Virus record (IMG/VR): IMGVR_UViG_3300033121_001585
Coordinates: 6,081 to 70,080 of that record
DNA: 64,000 nt
Direction: 5' to 3' (one strand)
From: a virus
Lineage: Duplodnaviria; Caudoviricetes
Shown here: piece by piece, positions 63,682-64,000 of the stretch
Layout: every line of letters starts with the position of its first letter
How positions within the stretch are numbered: the stretch's first letter is position 1
The notes under the pieces: generated by a model
The model's input: the letters and a program-made list of their open reading frames with translations, nothing else
What the model was told of the DNA's origin: nothing
Database searches by the model: none
Position numbers and translations under genes: made by a program

Positions 63682-64000
63682 GATTTAAAACTTCTCTTAT
63701 TAGATTTAAGATTGTTATATCATCAGAATGTCTTGTTTTGGTAAAAAGATTTTTTAGTCTTTTATTACAAGTAATACAAACTTTTCTTAGTCCATAAGTT
63801 TCTGCTGCTTTGTTTAAACAATAAAAACACTCGTCTTTTTCGTTTCTTACGTAAGAGTCAGCAAGAGAAGTGCCTGTTCCGTCTCCAGGCTGCATACTGT
63901 AATTTGGTAATAGTTGACTCATGTCTGTTTCATACTTCTCGGCTTCAATGAGATATACATCGTGTTGATTTCCTGTTTTTAAGTATTCTTCGCATTTTCT
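63674..64000 (-). CDS. Hypothetical protein; the frame stays open to the window end
   Basis: The track ORF 63674..63922 extends in frame upstream as RKCEEYLKTG... Confidence 0.55.
   Translation of the reverse strand, partial: RKCEEYLKTGNQHDVYLIEAEKYETDMSQLLPNYSMQPGDGTGTSLADSYVRNEKDECFYCLNKAAETYGLRKVCITCNKRLKNLFTKTRHSDDITILNLIREVLNHD

Noticed and set aside
1-64000. Stop-codon reassignment
   Set aside because: Long conserved genes are intact and tightly coupled under the standard code

Overview
AT-rich 64 kb segment of a large (probably jumbo) tailed-phage genome. Essentially every credible gene is on the minus strand, densely packed and translated with the standard code. The + strand ORFs in the track are antisense shadows. 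Content along the + coordinates: (1) 1-6.6 kb, glycosyltransferase/methyltransferase cluster with phoH and an intein-containing GT4. (2) 6.6-21 kb, ssb and a DNA polymerase III alpha (dnaE) broken into pieces about 9.4 kb apart, with a sugar-nucleotide/glycan cassette, a DnaQ-like exonuclease and a degenerate UDG between the pieces. The C-terminal piece has an HNH intein and a frame switch whose short product ends in the clamp-binding motif QLSLFD. (3) 21-39.6 kb, replication, recombination and nucleotide metabolism (NADAR, NUDIX, PD-(D/E)XK nuclease, dNMP kinase, primase, DnaB, RecA, HD hydrolase, macrodomain, nrdB, intein-containing nrdA). (4) 39.7-52.6 kb, secreted protease cluster, sigma factor, ClpP-like protease, ThyX, GT4, metallophosphoesterase, DGQHR-like protein, nucleotidyltransferase. 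(5) 53.9-58.5 kb, an RNA island: Ro60/TROVE gene, a CAT tRNA, an Sm/Hfq-like small protein and a promoter-to-U-tract array of tRNA-like and Y-RNA-like modules, one being a tRNA-Phe body interrupted by a circularly permuted copy of the module. (6) 58.5-64 kb, small accessory genes (SpoT-like HD, GNAT, HNH, 2H phosphoesterase, SAM and SPOUT methyltransferases). All calls come from motif recognition and hand folding; no searches were run.
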